The notes under the pieces were generated by a model. The model made no database searches, was not told the DNA's origin, and was given only the letters and a program-made list of their open reading frames with translations. Below, in pieces: positions 48,622 to 58,680 of a stretch of DNA of 64,000 nucleotides (within the stretch, counting starts at the first letter, position 1; the number at the start of each line of letters is the position of its first letter). This DNA comes from a virus: positions 57,220 through 121,219 of IMG/VR virus record IMGVR_UViG_3300046786_000157. One strand, given 5' to 3'. The position numbers were made by a program, and so were the translations under genes.

Positions 48622-48644
48622 GGGGACTTCGGTCCCCTTTTTTT
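48622..48644 (+). terminator. Rho-independent terminator
   Basis: GGGGAC-TTCG-GTCCCC-TTTTTTT. Confidence 0.9.
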
Positions 48645-48690
48645 GCCTTATCATTTGCTTTTGTATACACTTATTAGCTATAATGATTGA

Positions 48691-49707
48691 ATGGTAGATT
48701 TAAAATCAAAAGAAGACATATTGTATTTCATGCGTAGTGGGGTACTGAGAGTAAGTCGCAGTGACCTGCGGTTCGTCATGAATTTGCAAACTATGATAAC
48801 CAGTAAAAAATATGTTACAAGCAACCAAGCTAATCTCTTAGAAAAGATTATTTTAAAATATGAACGACAATTTGCCAAACATGAATTAAATGCAACACAC
48901 TTGGTATCATTACCTTGGCATGCTGAGATATTAGAAAGCAGTCATTCATACACTGATGCGTTTATAACAATTGACGGCAATCTAATCTACTTTAGATCAC
49001 CCTACAATAAGCAATTCATAACTGATTTTAAAAATCAGTCATTGAATCTATTCAAGTGGAACAGTGAAATTAAACGATACGAAGGTGAATATAGCACTAC
49101 TTCATTGAATGTGTTAGCGTCAATAGTTCCTAAATATTTTAACACAGTTAACTACTGTGAAGAAACAACTAGACTACTATCTACTGTAACTCAATACGAT
49201 TCTACACTATGCTGGGAACCTACACTAGTGTCCATTAATGGCAACTTTTTTATCACCGCAGTAAATTCACATTTAGCAGAAGCTATAAAAGATATTGAAT
49301 TAAATTGTAGCACTAGGACGTTAGCTACATTAGCTAGCTATGGAATAAAGGTTCACAATTCACTTTTACTTTCTGAGCATGAAATCTTTGCATCTACCTA
49401 CGCACCTTTAGTAGAAGTAACAGAGATTAATAATCTAGTTGTTTGGCTTAAAGAATTAGGATGCGATTACGTATACATTTCAGGCGGAAATAGCTTATCA
49501 AGAATCATCAGGTCCCTAGTCACTGAGTTAAATACTAATAATATTCCACACGGGGTAGTCACCTATAGAGATAGGCCCCTAGACGCAAGCCAATTCAAAT
49601 TTCCGGTAATAGTAAGATTCACACGAACCGGCAATGTTGACGTTGAACCCAAAAGAATTGCCAAACTAATCACAATGGTAAATTCAGAACCTATAGATAT
49701 AAAATGA
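48691..49707 (+). CDS. Hypothetical protein
   Basis: 338 aa; TATAAT 6 nt upstream of ATG; coupled to uvsW. Confidence 0.75.
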   Translation: MVDLKSKEDILYFMRSGVLRVSRSDLRFVMNLQTMITSKKYVTSNQANLLEKIILKYERQFAKHELNATHLVSLPWHAEILESSHSYTDAFITIDGNLIYFRSPYNKQFITDFKNQSLNLFKWNSEIKRYEGEYSTTSLNVLASIVPKYFNTVNYCEETTRLLSTVTQYDSTLCWEPTLVSINGNFFITAVNSHLAEAIKDIELNCSTRTLATLASYGIKVHNSLLLSEHEIFASTYAPLVEVTEINNLVVWLKELGCDYVYISGGNSLSRIIRSLVTELNTNNIPHGVVTYRDRPLDASQFKFPVIVRFTRTGNVDVEPKRIAKLITMVNSEPIDIK

Positions 49708-51191
49708 AACAATGTAAATTAATAATACGTGACGAAGTTAACGTCAAGATAGAAGGACTTGAACTTGCAGAGCGTAAAGCACTGATGAAGTTGTTCGAAT
49801 ATGAGAAGCCGGGTGCGAGGTATTTGCCAAGTGTCCGATTAGGTCGTTGGAACGGCAAGGTTAGTTATTTCTCATTGGGTGGTAGCTCGTATGTCAATCT
49901 ATTGCCTGAGATACTTCCTGTACTAGATCGTGCAGGTTATGATATCGAACTAGAAGACTTGCGTGAATATTCTACTACATTCAATTTTAAAGAAGTAACC
50001 GAACAAACATTTGCACATAAAGTTTGGCCTGCAAAGCATCCACAAGAGGGCAAGCCTGTTGTATTGCGTGATTATCAGATTGAAATCATTAACGAGTTCT
50101 TACAGAACCCACAATCATTACAAGAGATTGCTACAGGAGCAGGTAAGACATTGATTACTGCGGCACTAAGTGCTTCTATTGAAGACTATGGTCGTAGTAT
50201 TGTTATCGTTCCTAACAAATCACTTGTTGTTCAAACAGAAGCAGACTATATTAACTTAGGACTTGACGTTGGTGTATACTTCGGTGATCGTAAAGAGTTT
50301 GGCAAGACACATACTATTTGTACTTGGCAAAGTCTCGGCAATATGTTAAAGAAAACAAAATCAGACGAAGCAGAAGTGCCAATCGGAGAGTTCTTAGAAG
50401 GTGTTGTATGTGTCATGGTTGACGAAGTTCACATGGCTAAAGCAGACGTATTAAAAGAACTATTGACAGGTGTTATGTCGCATATCCCTATTCGATGGGG
50501 CTTGACAGGTACGATTCCAAAAGCTGATTTTGAGAAGAAGGCACTGATTGTATCTCTCGGTAATGTGATTAATAAATTATCAGCAAGTACATTACAAGAG
50601 ATGGGCGTGTTGTCACAGTGTCACGTGAACATCATTCAGTTACAAGACAACGTAGAGTTTACTAACTACCAAAGCGAGTTGAAGCATTTGCTAGAAGACA
50701 GCAAACGTTTAGATAAGATTTCGCAACTAATTAATGGTATCAAAGAATCAGGCAACACATTGATTCTTGTTGACCGTGTTGCCGCAGGTAAAGAACTACA
50801 GAATAGATTGAGTACATTGTTTAGTGTACTCAAAGATGCACCTGATGTTATCTTTGTATCCGGTGGCACAGACATGAAAGAACGTAAGGAACAATATGAT
50901 GACGTTGCTACAGCGACTAACAAAATTCTTATCGCAACCTATGGTGTGGCGGCTGTCGGTATTAATATACCTCGTATCTTTAACTTGGTTCTTTTGGAGC
51001 CTGGTAAGTCGTTTGTCCGTGTTATTCAATCAATAGGTCGAGGCATTCGTAAAGCAGAAGATAAGGACTTTGTTCAGATTTGGGATGTGACTAGCAACTG
51101 CAAGTTTGCAAAACGTCACTTGACCCAAAGAAAAGCTTTCTATAAAGAAGCCAACTATCCATTTGACATTGAAAAACTAAACTATAAGTGA
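49704..51191 (+). CDS. uvsW: Superfamily 2 helicase (UvsW-like)
   Basis: LRDYQ, ATGAGKT, DEVH, GLTGT, QSIGRGIR. Confidence 0.92.
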   Translation: MKQCKLIIRDEVNVKIEGLELAERKALMKLFEYEKPGARYLPSVRLGRWNGKVSYFSLGGSSYVNLLPEILPVLDRAGYDIELEDLREYSTTFNFKEVTEQTFAHKVWPAKHPQEGKPVVLRDYQIEIINEFLQNPQSLQEIATGAGKTLITAALSASIEDYGRSIVIVPNKSLVVQTEADYINLGLDVGVYFGDRKEFGKTHTICTWQSLGNMLKKTKSDEAEVPIGEFLEGVVCVMVDEVHMAKADVLKELLTGVMSHIPIRWGLTGTIPKADFEKKALIVSLGNVINKLSASTLQEMGVLSQCHVNIIQLQDNVEFTNYQSELKHLLEDSKRLDKISQLINGIKESGNTLILVDRVAAGKELQNRLSTLFSVLKDAPDVIFVSGGTDMKERKEQYDDVATATNKILIATYGVAAVGINIPRIFNLVLLEPGKSFVRVIQSIGRGIRKAEDKDFVQIWDVTSNCKFAKRHLTQRKAFYKEANYPFDIEKLNYK

Positions 51192-51203
51192 TATAATAAC
51201 AAC

Positions 51204-51704
51204 ATGAGAATATTAACATTAGACAATACATTCTACAACCTAGAAACATTACCCGAAGAGATTGATGATCTGCGCTTTGCAATACTAGATAATAGCAATA
51301 CACAGAATGTAGACTATCATTATATCCCATTGATCTTTTTAGAATCATTTTCAGCTCCTGCTCTTGTATTAAAAATCGGTGATGCTACAATTAAGATGCC
51401 AGTCGATTGGCAGATATTGATTGGTGAAAAAGAACACGGTGACTTAGAAACATTACCACTAACAAGTATCAATGACAGGGGATTCAATGCGTTTGAGTTC
51501 AACCCATTGACTAGTTTCAGTCCAAGCTTCTTACCAATTGAGATTGTAGATATTTACCATGATGTAACTTGGTATGCTCCTAGACTAAAGAACGGTCAGT
51601 TTTTATGTGTACCTATTGATGACAGTCCTAAACCACGATGTGTATACTTTGTTAAAGAAATCAGTCGTAACTGCGAGATTGTAGATTATTCACAGGCATT
51701 CTAA
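51204..51704 (+). CDS. Hypothetical protein
   Basis: 166 aa; promoter TTGAAA-N17-TATAAT ends 6 nt upstream. Confidence 0.75.
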   Translation: MRILTLDNTFYNLETLPEEIDDLRFAILDNSNTQNVDYHYIPLIFLESFSAPALVLKIGDATIKMPVDWQILIGEKEHGDLETLPLTSINDRGFNAFEFNPLTSFSPSFLPIEIVDIYHDVTWYAPRLKNGQFLCVPIDDSPKPRCVYFVKEISRNCEIVDYSQAF

Positions 51705-52300
51705 TGGCAACTAAAAAAGCAACAACCCCTGCAGATGAGAAACTAGAAAAGCAAGACTTCCCGTTGTTTGATGCACTTAATGCGTTAGACAGAAAAGACT
51801 ATGCATGGTTTGATTCATTGAACGAAGAACAACAAAGAAAGTTTGTAGCGTTCATGATGATTAAGTACATGAGTTACATCAAAGGATCAAGTAGCATTGC
51901 AGGATACTACGCTATGAGCACTGATGTTCATGCAAACAAATACTTCTTTAACGAATATGTATCTAAGCATCCTAAGCTTCAATGGTTGATGTTGTGCGCG
52001 GCAAGCCCGGGCAAAGGTAAACAATTTCACCCATGGATCCCACAAATTAAAGAAAAAGTTAGTCTGTTAAAAGAGCCTGCAAAAGCCACAGACATTAAAG
52101 AATACTTTAAGAAAATATACCCCTCTAGCGTTAGTGATAATGATTTGAAAGAACTTGCGGGTGCATACGTAGAAGAACACAAGCGTAAGATGTATCTTGC
52201 AAACAAGTTCCCATCAATGAAAATTGCTGATATAGATTTACTAAGTCAACTGGTTACCGATGAAGAAATTGAACAATACGAAAAAGAATTCGGAAACTGA
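51704..52300 (+). CDS. Probable clamp-loader small subunit (T4 gp62-like)
   Basis: FMMIKYMS..N..HPKLQWLML..KQFHPWI pattern; replication context. Confidence 0.5.
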   Translation: MATKKATTPADEKLEKQDFPLFDALNALDRKDYAWFDSLNEEQQRKFVAFMMIKYMSYIKGSSSIAGYYAMSTDVHANKYFFNEYVSKHPKLQWLMLCAASPGKGKQFHPWIPQIKEKVSLLKEPAKATDIKEYFKKIYPSSVSDNDLKELAGAYVEEHKRKMYLANKFPSMKIADIDLLSQLVTDEEIEQYEKEFGN

Positions 52301-52979
52301 AACACCTCACTATGGGTGTGAGTTCTGTGGGCGAACGTTTGCACGTGAGTCTACTATTACCAAGCATATTTGTGAATACAAACACAGATGGCTTGAGAAA
52401 GACCGTGCTGGCAATCGCATCGGCTTTCAAACTTGGTTGCAGTTTTACATAAAGACTAGCACTAGTAAAAAGAAACGCACGTATGAAGAATTCATCAAAT
52501 CAGCATATTACACAGCATTTGTTAAGTTCGGCAACTATTGCGTAGAAATTAATGCACTCAATATCAGTAGATTTACTGATTGGTTGCTAAAGAATCAAAT
52601 CAAGATTGACACATGGTGTACAGATAGCACATACACCAAGTACCTAATTGAGTATTTGCGAATCGAAGACCCACTAGACGCTGTAGCTCGTAGTGTTGAA
52701 ACAACTATCACATTGGCAGAATCTGCTGGCATCTTGAGTAAAGATGTGTTGCGATACGGTAATTCTAATCGTATCTGTCACAATATTACTATAGGTAAGA
52801 TCAGTCCTTGGCTATTGTATCATAGCGATAGTGGTAAAAAGTTCTTAGACAATCTCAGTGAGCCTCAGGTTGCTATGGTTATTGATTATATCAATCCTGA
52901 GTTGTGGGCTATCAAGTTCAAGCGTGAACTAGAAAATGTCAAGCAAGTTAAAGAGATACTGAATCTCGCGGGGTACTAA
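52260..52979 (+). CDS. Zn-finger-containing hypothetical protein
   Basis: CEFCGRTF..KHIC. Confidence 0.7.
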   Translation: MKKLNNTKKNSETETPHYGCEFCGRTFARESTITKHICEYKHRWLEKDRAGNRIGFQTWLQFYIKTSTSKKKRTYEEFIKSAYYTAFVKFGNYCVEINALNISRFTDWLLKNQIKIDTWCTDSTYTKYLIEYLRIEDPLDAVARSVETTITLAESAGILSKDVLRYGNSNRICHNITIGKISPWLLYHSDSGKKFLDNLSEPQVAMVIDYINPELWAIKFKRELENVKQVKEILNLAGY

Positions 52980-54163
52980 TGTATTGTTCACTAGCTCATT
53001 CGGGAATGAATGTAATTAGTAACGGCAAGATAACACCTTGTTGTGCTATAGCTAGATATACGCCTGAGGAAAAGAACAACAAGCCCCTTAGAGAAAAGTT
53101 AAATCATATAAATTTAATACGTGTAAGAGCACAACTTAAAGCAGGTGTATGGCCGTCTGAGTGTTCATCATGCAAACAAGCTGAAAAAATAAACACAGAG
53201 TCACTTAGAACAATATTCAATCAATATGCTTCCAGTAGAGGTGTGGATGATACTATGCACACTACACTAGATCCTAAAGATGTGTACTCTGTTCATATCT
53301 CAGTTGGAAACAAATGCAATAGCAAATGTATGACCTGCAACCCTGGGTCTAGTAATCTATGGTATGATGAGTGGAAGACTATTTGGGATATGAAAGTTAT
53401 GATTAGCACAAGCGATCCTATCATAGAAGATCCAAAGCTAGTCAATGAATTGATAACTGAGTTTATCAATTTAAAGAAGATAACGTTCTTAGGTGGTGAA
53501 CCCACTATCAATAGCAATCACTTAGATTACCTTAAATTACTAATAGAGAACAACAGAAGCAAGGACATTGATCTAGGGTACGTTACTAACCTCACTGGTA
53601 TAGATGATACTCTGCTAGATGTATGGAGTAACTTTCGCAAGATCAACCTTAGTATCTCATTAGATGCATATGGAGAGAAAAACGACTACATTAGGTATCC
53701 TATCAAGTGGACTAAAGTAGAATCAAATCTTAGAAAATTCTTAGACTGGGCTAGTGAAGACAAGATTTCTATAGGTCTTAGTTTAACCCCTAGTGTATTC
53801 AACTGTATTCATTTAGCTGAGGTGTTTCAGTATTGGTATGATTTATTAGTTGAGTATAACTTGCCAATGAGTTATGGTGTCGCATTAAACAAAATAACTT
53901 ATCCTATGTATACAAGTATGCGTATCACATCATTGGAGTATAGACAGCAGGGTATTGATAAGCTAACTAAGCTGAAAGAAACTATAGCCCCTGAGTTCTT
54001 TAGTTCAATTGATTATGCAATTGAGATGCTGAACGAACCTATTTTAGATACTGATACGATTAACACCGGTAAACACTTCATAGAACAATCGGACCTGTAC
54101 CGTAACAAGAGTATCAAAGAAGTAATGCCTGAACTATATAATGAGCTATGGAAAAAACAATAA
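52979..54163 (+). CDS. Radical SAM protein with N-terminal Cys cluster
   Basis: CNSKCMTC, FLGGEP; YCSL..PCC..CSSC. Confidence 0.88.
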   Translation: MYCSLAHSGMNVISNGKITPCCAIARYTPEEKNNKPLREKLNHINLIRVRAQLKAGVWPSECSSCKQAEKINTESLRTIFNQYASSRGVDDTMHTTLDPKDVYSVHISVGNKCNSKCMTCNPGSSNLWYDEWKTIWDMKVMISTSDPIIEDPKLVNELITEFINLKKITFLGGEPTINSNHLDYLKLLIENNRSKDIDLGYVTNLTGIDDTLLDVWSNFRKINLSISLDAYGEKNDYIRYPIKWTKVESNLRKFLDWASEDKISIGLSLTPSVFNCIHLAEVFQYWYDLLVEYNLPMSYGVALNKITYPMYTSMRITSLEYRQQGIDKLTKLKETIAPEFFSSIDYAIEMLNEPILDTDTINTGKHFIEQSDLYRNKSIKEVMPELYNELWKKQ

Positions 54164-54354
54164 TTAAAATTCCATTTGAACTAACAACAGAAGTCAACAA
54201 TAACATTGCCAACTGGAATGAAACTTGTGCTAGGGCAATTGAACTATTCGGCTTACCTGGCGAGAGGTATACGTGTAAGTTTAACAAAGACTTTCTTGAG
54301 TTTTGGTTCTTTGATGAACAAGATGCATTGATGTTTGAACTATGTTGCGGTTAA
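54148..54354 (+). CDS. Small paralog-array protein
   Basis: C-terminus FFDEQDALMFELCCG. Confidence 0.7.
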   Translation: MEKTIIKIPFELTTEVNNNIANWNETCARAIELFGLPGERYTCKFNKDFLEFWFFDEQDALMFELCCG

Positions 54355-54758
54355 AAGCTAGAATTCGCAAGTGGAGAGCCGAGCGAAAACTCAAAAAGAG
54401 TGGCTACTTGACATGGAAAGGATATAAACACAATACTGACCCCGGTGTACAAAGATATGCTCGATATGTAGAAGATTTCTATATCGACTATCCGTATGTC
54501 TATAGTTGCCCAAACCCAAAGCATTATGCATATCAACTGATAGCCGATTATGGGCCCGCTGGTCAATATTTTGGGTATGAAGAAATGAACGATTGGTGTC
54601 ACGACAATATAAGGTGGAACTTTCGTTGTGATTGTCATAGAGTTTGGCAGAATCAATGGGGAAAGATGGAGTTGAATGATATCGGAGGACATGATATAAT
54701 ATACTTTGCGTTTAAGCGTGGGCAAGATTTTACTCATTTTTTACTTAGGTGGTCATAG
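54342..54758 (+). CDS. Small paralog-array protein
   Basis: C-terminus FKRGQDFTHFLLRWS. Confidence 0.7.
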   Translation: MLRLKARIRKWRAERKLKKSGYLTWKGYKHNTDPGVQRYARYVEDFYIDYPYVYSCPNPKHYAYQLIADYGPAGQYFGYEEMNDWCHDNIRWNFRCDCHRVWQNQWGKMELNDIGGHDIIYFAFKRGQDFTHFLLRWS

Positions 54759-55009
54759 TGGAGCAAGGTAGTTTTAAGTATAGAACAGAAAGCTATTACG
54801 GTAGCAAGAAAAAAGTACATACTATATCATGGCATGGTCGAGGAGAAGTTGATACTAGTGAAGTTCGTAATTGGTGTGTTCAGAATTTTGGTAAATCCGG
54901 ATACCAAGAAGAACACGGTGAGTCACGATGGTTAGATGACACTGATGATGCTACTATTATCTTATGTAAGGATGAGGACTTGACCTTCTTTTTACTTAAA
55001 TGGACATGA
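54758..55009 (+). CDS. Small paralog-array protein
   Basis: EVRNWCVQNFG..RW..KDEDLTFFLLKWT; GTG start. Confidence 0.7.
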   Translation: MEQGSFKYRTESYYGSKKKVHTISWHGRGEVDTSEVRNWCVQNFGKSGYQEEHGESRWLDDTDDATIILCKDEDLTFFLLKWT

Positions 55010-55239
55010 GGCGCATACACTTAGAAGGTCCTACTTGGGAAGACACTAAGCCCGGATGGCACGAAGTTGAGTTGAATCTCAGCGGTCAGATAAATCGCTA
55101 TCGGGAAATTATGGAATGGCTCTATGATAGAATAGACAAGTGTGAAAGACACTGTAGATGGTTTCAAACTGAGTCTGGCATCAAAGTTAAATTTAGATAC
55201 GAAAGAGATTACATACTTTTTACGTTAAGATGGTCATGA
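55006..55239 (+). CDS. Small paralog-array protein
   Basis: EIMEWL..RW..FRYERDYILFTLRWS. Confidence 0.7.
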   Translation: MRRIHLEGPTWEDTKPGWHEVELNLSGQINRYREIMEWLYDRIDKCERHCRWFQTESGIKVKFRYERDYILFTLRWS

Positions 55240-55454
55240 TTGAAGTTAAGCTAACAGATACTACAGTTGAAGAAATGCTAGTCATTGTTAAAGACTTGCG
55301 TGACCGCGGGTATATACAACACACTGATTTTGACTTCACATACCATCCGCCCAAATTTGACAACATATCAGGCCATCCTGTGTATAATAGATGCGTAGTA
55401 TTTAAATTTTATAAAGATGAGGTAGCAACATGGTTCAGTCTAGTATATCCTTAG
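55236..55454 (+). CDS. Small paralog-array protein
   Basis: FKFYKDEVATWFSLVYP. Confidence 0.7.
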   Translation: MIEVKLTDTTVEEMLVIVKDLRDRGYIQHTDFDFTYHPPKFDNISGHPVYNRCVVFKFYKDEVATWFSLVYP

Positions 55455-55702
55455 AAAATGAAATAGCTGATAAAATGGCTAAAACTCTGGCAGAAGAAAT
55501 TGACTGGGAACTACTAGTTGATATGATGTGTGCAGTAGGCTGGACAAAAGTAGTTATTGGTCGGTTAAAGGATCGCTATCATTCTATTGACATACAAGAT
55601 TGGCTTACTAATAACTGTAAAGGTCACTATAGACAGCGCGGGAGTATATTCGTGTTTGAAAAAGTAGAAGAAGCTGAATGGTTTAGTTTAAGATGGCTAT
55701 GA
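55430..55702 (+). CDS. Small paralog-array protein
   Basis: DIQDWLTNNCKG..FEKVEEAEWFSLRWL. Confidence 0.7.
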   Translation: MVQSSISLENEIADKMAKTLAEEIDWELLVDMMCAVGWTKVVIGRLKDRYHSIDIQDWLTNNCKGHYRQRGSIFVFEKVEEAEWFSLRWL

Positions 55703-55977
55703 TGAAGCTAGTATGGAGTAGAAGCATAGGGTGGAACATTCAATTGCGCGGATACAAAAAGAAAAATATGGATTACACTATTATCAAAGACGGGGCAGAC
55801 TGCTATCCATGGATAGAATATTTTGCTATTGTGCCCAGAAAAACAATTAGCGGCAATCGCATCTTTTGGCAGAAAGCATATAAGCGTAAAGTGTGGGTAG
55901 TATGGGGGACTGGCTTTCATATGGAACCTGAAACTCAATACGCTAACGCATTTGATTTATTGACACACGATGATTAA
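55699..55977 (+). CDS. Small hypothetical protein within the array (lacks the family C-terminal motif)
   Basis: Coupled ORF. Confidence 0.6.
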   Translation: MMKLVWSRSIGWNIQLRGYKKKNMDYTIIKDGADCYPWIEYFAIVPRKTISGNRIFWQKAYKRKVWVVWGTGFHMEPETQYANAFDLLTHDD

Positions 55978-56191
55978 AATACCTTTACCACATAATCAAC
56001 TTACTAGTGAACAAGAACAATGGCTTGCAAAGAACATTGGCCCACGACTACACTATCTACACAATAGTATAGGTGGACAAGGCTGGATAGCAAAAAACGA
56101 GTGGGACCCAGGCATGGTTACTAAACGTTGGTATCTCACATTAGAAGATGATAAGCTTGCTACTTTCTTTGCAATTAAGTTTTCCTCATAA
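55970..56191 (+). CDS. Small paralog-array protein
   Basis: EQWLAKNIGP..LEDDKLATFFAIKFSS. Confidence 0.7.
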   Translation: MIKIPLPHNQLTSEQEQWLAKNIGPRLHYLHNSIGGQGWIAKNEWDPGMVTKRWYLTLEDDKLATFFAIKFSS

Positions 56192-56469
56192 TGGCTACTA
56201 TACCTCCCTTTCAAGATTACGATGATGATGGTCCAGAAATAGAATTTCGAAAGAACCGATGGAACTACTGGGCGGCATTGAAAGTGATTCGCAAAGAGTA
56301 TATGCAGGATATGGCTCAGTTAGACGGGCAGTTTGACGCATATGATTTTGAAGACTACATAGAAGCAAACTACGGCATTAAAATGAACATAGTAGATGGA
56401 AACATCACTGACGGGTACAAGATTATGGATGAAAAGAAGTACCTAATATTTTTACTTAAATATCAATGA
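56191..56469 (+). CDS. Small paralog-array protein
   Basis: KIMDEKKYLIFLLKYQ. Confidence 0.65.
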   Translation: MATIPPFQDYDDDGPEIEFRKNRWNYWAALKVIRKEYMQDMAQLDGQFDAYDFEDYIEANYGIKMNIVDGNITDGYKIMDEKKYLIFLLKYQ

Positions 56470-56825
56470 ACAGTCCTTTTATATTAAACGATTTATGTGA
56501 CAACACTTGGTCAGTTACTTGGCCCACTTTTCAAGCATCAAATAGCTATGATAACATGGCAGGTGATATATTGAAATTTGTATTCAGTGAAGTCAAGCCT
56601 AATAGAGTTGGTCTAGGAGTAACATTAGATAATTACTTTGAAGCAGATACTTCTATACTATGGGTTGATGACGATGTATATACCACTGATATTACTGCTG
56701 AATATTCACAATACTTATATAGGAATTATAAAATATTTGGAGCAGTATTTGAAAAGCAACAAGATGCTGAGAAATTTAAAGAATTAATAGAAAAGAGATA
56801 TGTATGGCAATTACTCAAGGGATAA
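56466..56825 (+). CDS. Small paralog-array protein (divergent)
   Basis: VFEKQQDAEKFKELIE. Confidence 0.6.
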   Translation: MNSPFILNDLCDNTWSVTWPTFQASNSYDNMAGDILKFVFSEVKPNRVGLGVTLDNYFEADTSILWVDDDVYTTDITAEYSQYLYRNYKIFGAVFEKQQDAEKFKELIEKRYVWQLLKG

Positions 56826-57088
56826 ACGGAACATTTTTCCCAGCACAAGAATATGAAACAGTAGAACCTATATACTTTAGAAAATTCAAAAAGACTGTAT
56901 CAGTTGGTGGTGTTTGGGAAGATCGGATATTCTATGAGATAAGTAAGTTCCCCATGGGTAGAAGCAACACTGAGATATGGTTGAGCGAGAAGTATGGTCC
57001 ACCTAAATACAGTAATACATGGTGGACAACACACAATTCCATATGCATGACTGAAAAGATTTACACCCATTATAAATTACTTGAATAA
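56804..57088 (+). CDS. Small paralog-array protein (divergent)
   Basis: EIWLSEKYGP..W..MTEKIYTHYKLLE. Confidence 0.6.
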   Translation: MAITQGINGTFFPAQEYETVEPIYFRKFKKTVSVGGVWEDRIFYEISKFPMGRSNTEIWLSEKYGPPKYSNTWWTTHNSICMTEKIYTHYKLLE

Positions 57089-57095
57089 GTATTGT

Positions 57096-58067
57096 ATGGA
57101 CATTTTTGAATTAGAGCATATTTTTGTTGTCTTTCAGCCAGGTGCCGCTGGCAACTTCATAGTCTCTCTATTAGAGAAAATATTAAATCGTGATACTAAC
57201 ACTATTAATGTAGGTGAGTCTGGGACCGCACATACATTAATCAATAGAAAAATTGAAGGTACTGATTATTTGTCGTTCGGTACTGAAGTCATAGAGCATG
57301 AAGAATTCGATACAGAAGAAGAACGTATTGATTTTTATCTATCTAAAATAAAAACTGAGTATGTACATGTAACTTCCCCACAAATTATATGGACTCATGA
57401 TTTTACTAATATTCCAATATACAAGCGTTTCTTTCCTAAGGCCAAGATTCTTACTATTACACAAGAGTCTGATGCAGAAAAAATCGCAGTGGTACTATTA
57501 CATGTTATAAAAAATATACTAGACCTTAATACTATTAATCCGTTAACTGAAAAAAGAATGATTGAAGTACGGAAGATTTGGGATCTCGGCATGAAGATGA
57601 AACTAGGAGAAATGCTAGGTGAGGCTAAGGCTAGAACTCTAAACAAAGATAGCAATCTAATTAGATATGTGTCGTTTTCAAGAATGATGTCCTATTATAG
57701 ATTAAATAATCTAGTAGAAGAAAACAAAAAACAGGTTGACTTAGTTAACACTGTGCTATACCCGGCTAAAGGAATATTGATGCTAGGTAAAATACCTTAT
57801 ACTATAGGTAAAGAATACGCAGAGTACACTGATAACTGTACAAAGTTACCATTTAAATACCTCATGGATAACGACACCGAGTTATTGATAAACTCCTTAA
57901 GTCAACTAATAGAATTAGATGATGAACGTATTAAAATTATACTAAGCAACTATGACAACTATAGAAGTGTACAGAATCAAGAAATATTAGAGGATCCTTT
58001 GAAATATTATAACAAGATAAAAGAAGAAGGATACAATGAATTAAAACGGTTAGAACTAATTGGGTGA
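57096..58067 (+). CDS. Hypothetical protein, sulfotransferase-like N-terminal loop
   Basis: VVFQPGAAGNFIVSLL; related to 37425..38123; start uncertain (57081 or 57096). Confidence 0.5.
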   Translation: MDIFELEHIFVVFQPGAAGNFIVSLLEKILNRDTNTINVGESGTAHTLINRKIEGTDYLSFGTEVIEHEEFDTEEERIDFYLSKIKTEYVHVTSPQIIWTHDFTNIPIYKRFFPKAKILTITQESDAEKIAVVLLHVIKNILDLNTINPLTEKRMIEVRKIWDLGMKMKLGEMLGEAKARTLNKDSNLIRYVSFSRMMSYYRLNNLVEENKKQVDLVNTVLYPAKGILMLGKIPYTIGKEYAEYTDNCTKLPFKYLMDNDTELLINSLSQLIELDDERIKIILSNYDNYRSVQNQEILEDPLKYYNKIKEEGYNELKRLELIG

Positions 58068-58119
58068 GTCGTGACCGTTATCTATTGCTATTATGTATGA
58101 TTGCCTGTATAATAGATAC

Positions 58120-58680
58120 ATGGCTAATGATATAATGATTGACATTGAGAGTTTGGATACTGCCCCAAACTGTGTTATTTTAACTATTGGTGCAGTACGT
58201 TTTGACCCTAGGGGTATGGGTGTAGTTGAGAAACTAGAACTCAGACCTACTATTGAGGATCAAACAGAAATCTATAACAGGAGTATCAACGATGATACAA
58301 TTAGGTGGTGGTCTACGCAAAGTCCTGCCGCACTTGAAGAAGCAATGGGAGACAATGGACGCCAACCGTTTGCAGAGTGCATGGAGACCCTTTATAAGTT
58401 TTGTTGGAACCGTCGTGCTGTTTGGAGCAACGGTGCTCCCTTTGACTTGGTCGTCATGGAAAACGCATGGAGACAAGTTAGTGACAAGCCCAACCCTATC
58501 CCTTGGCCCTTCTGGACAATGCGAGATACAAGAACCTTATATGAAATTGCAGGAGTAAAGTTACAGAGTTCTGGCCATGTTACTAGTCACAAGGCGGTAG
58601 AAGATGCGGAACGACAAGCTATTGTAGTACAGGAAGCGTATATGAAACTAATGAAAGCAGGATTGGCACAACCACGATGA
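58120..58680 (+). CDS. DEDDh 3'-5' exonuclease (Rv2179c/exonuclease VIII-like)
   Basis: MIDIESL, WSNGAPFDL..E, RDTRTL, HKAVEDA; start set to ATG 58120 behind TTGCTA-N17-TATAAT. Confidence 0.88.
   Translation: MANDIMIDIESLDTAPNCVILTIGAVRFDPRGMGVVEKLELRPTIEDQTEIYNRSINDDTIRWWSTQSPAALEEAMGDNGRQPFAECMETLYKFCWNRRAVWSNGAPFDLVVMENAWRQVSDKPNPIPWPFWTMRDTRTLYEIAGVKLQSSGHVTSHKAVEDAERQAIVVQEAYMKLMKAGLAQPR

Noticed and set aside
51204-51704. Possible Hint-like fold
   Set aside because: Only a vague beta-strand pattern; no N-terminal Cys/Ser, TxxH or terminal HN
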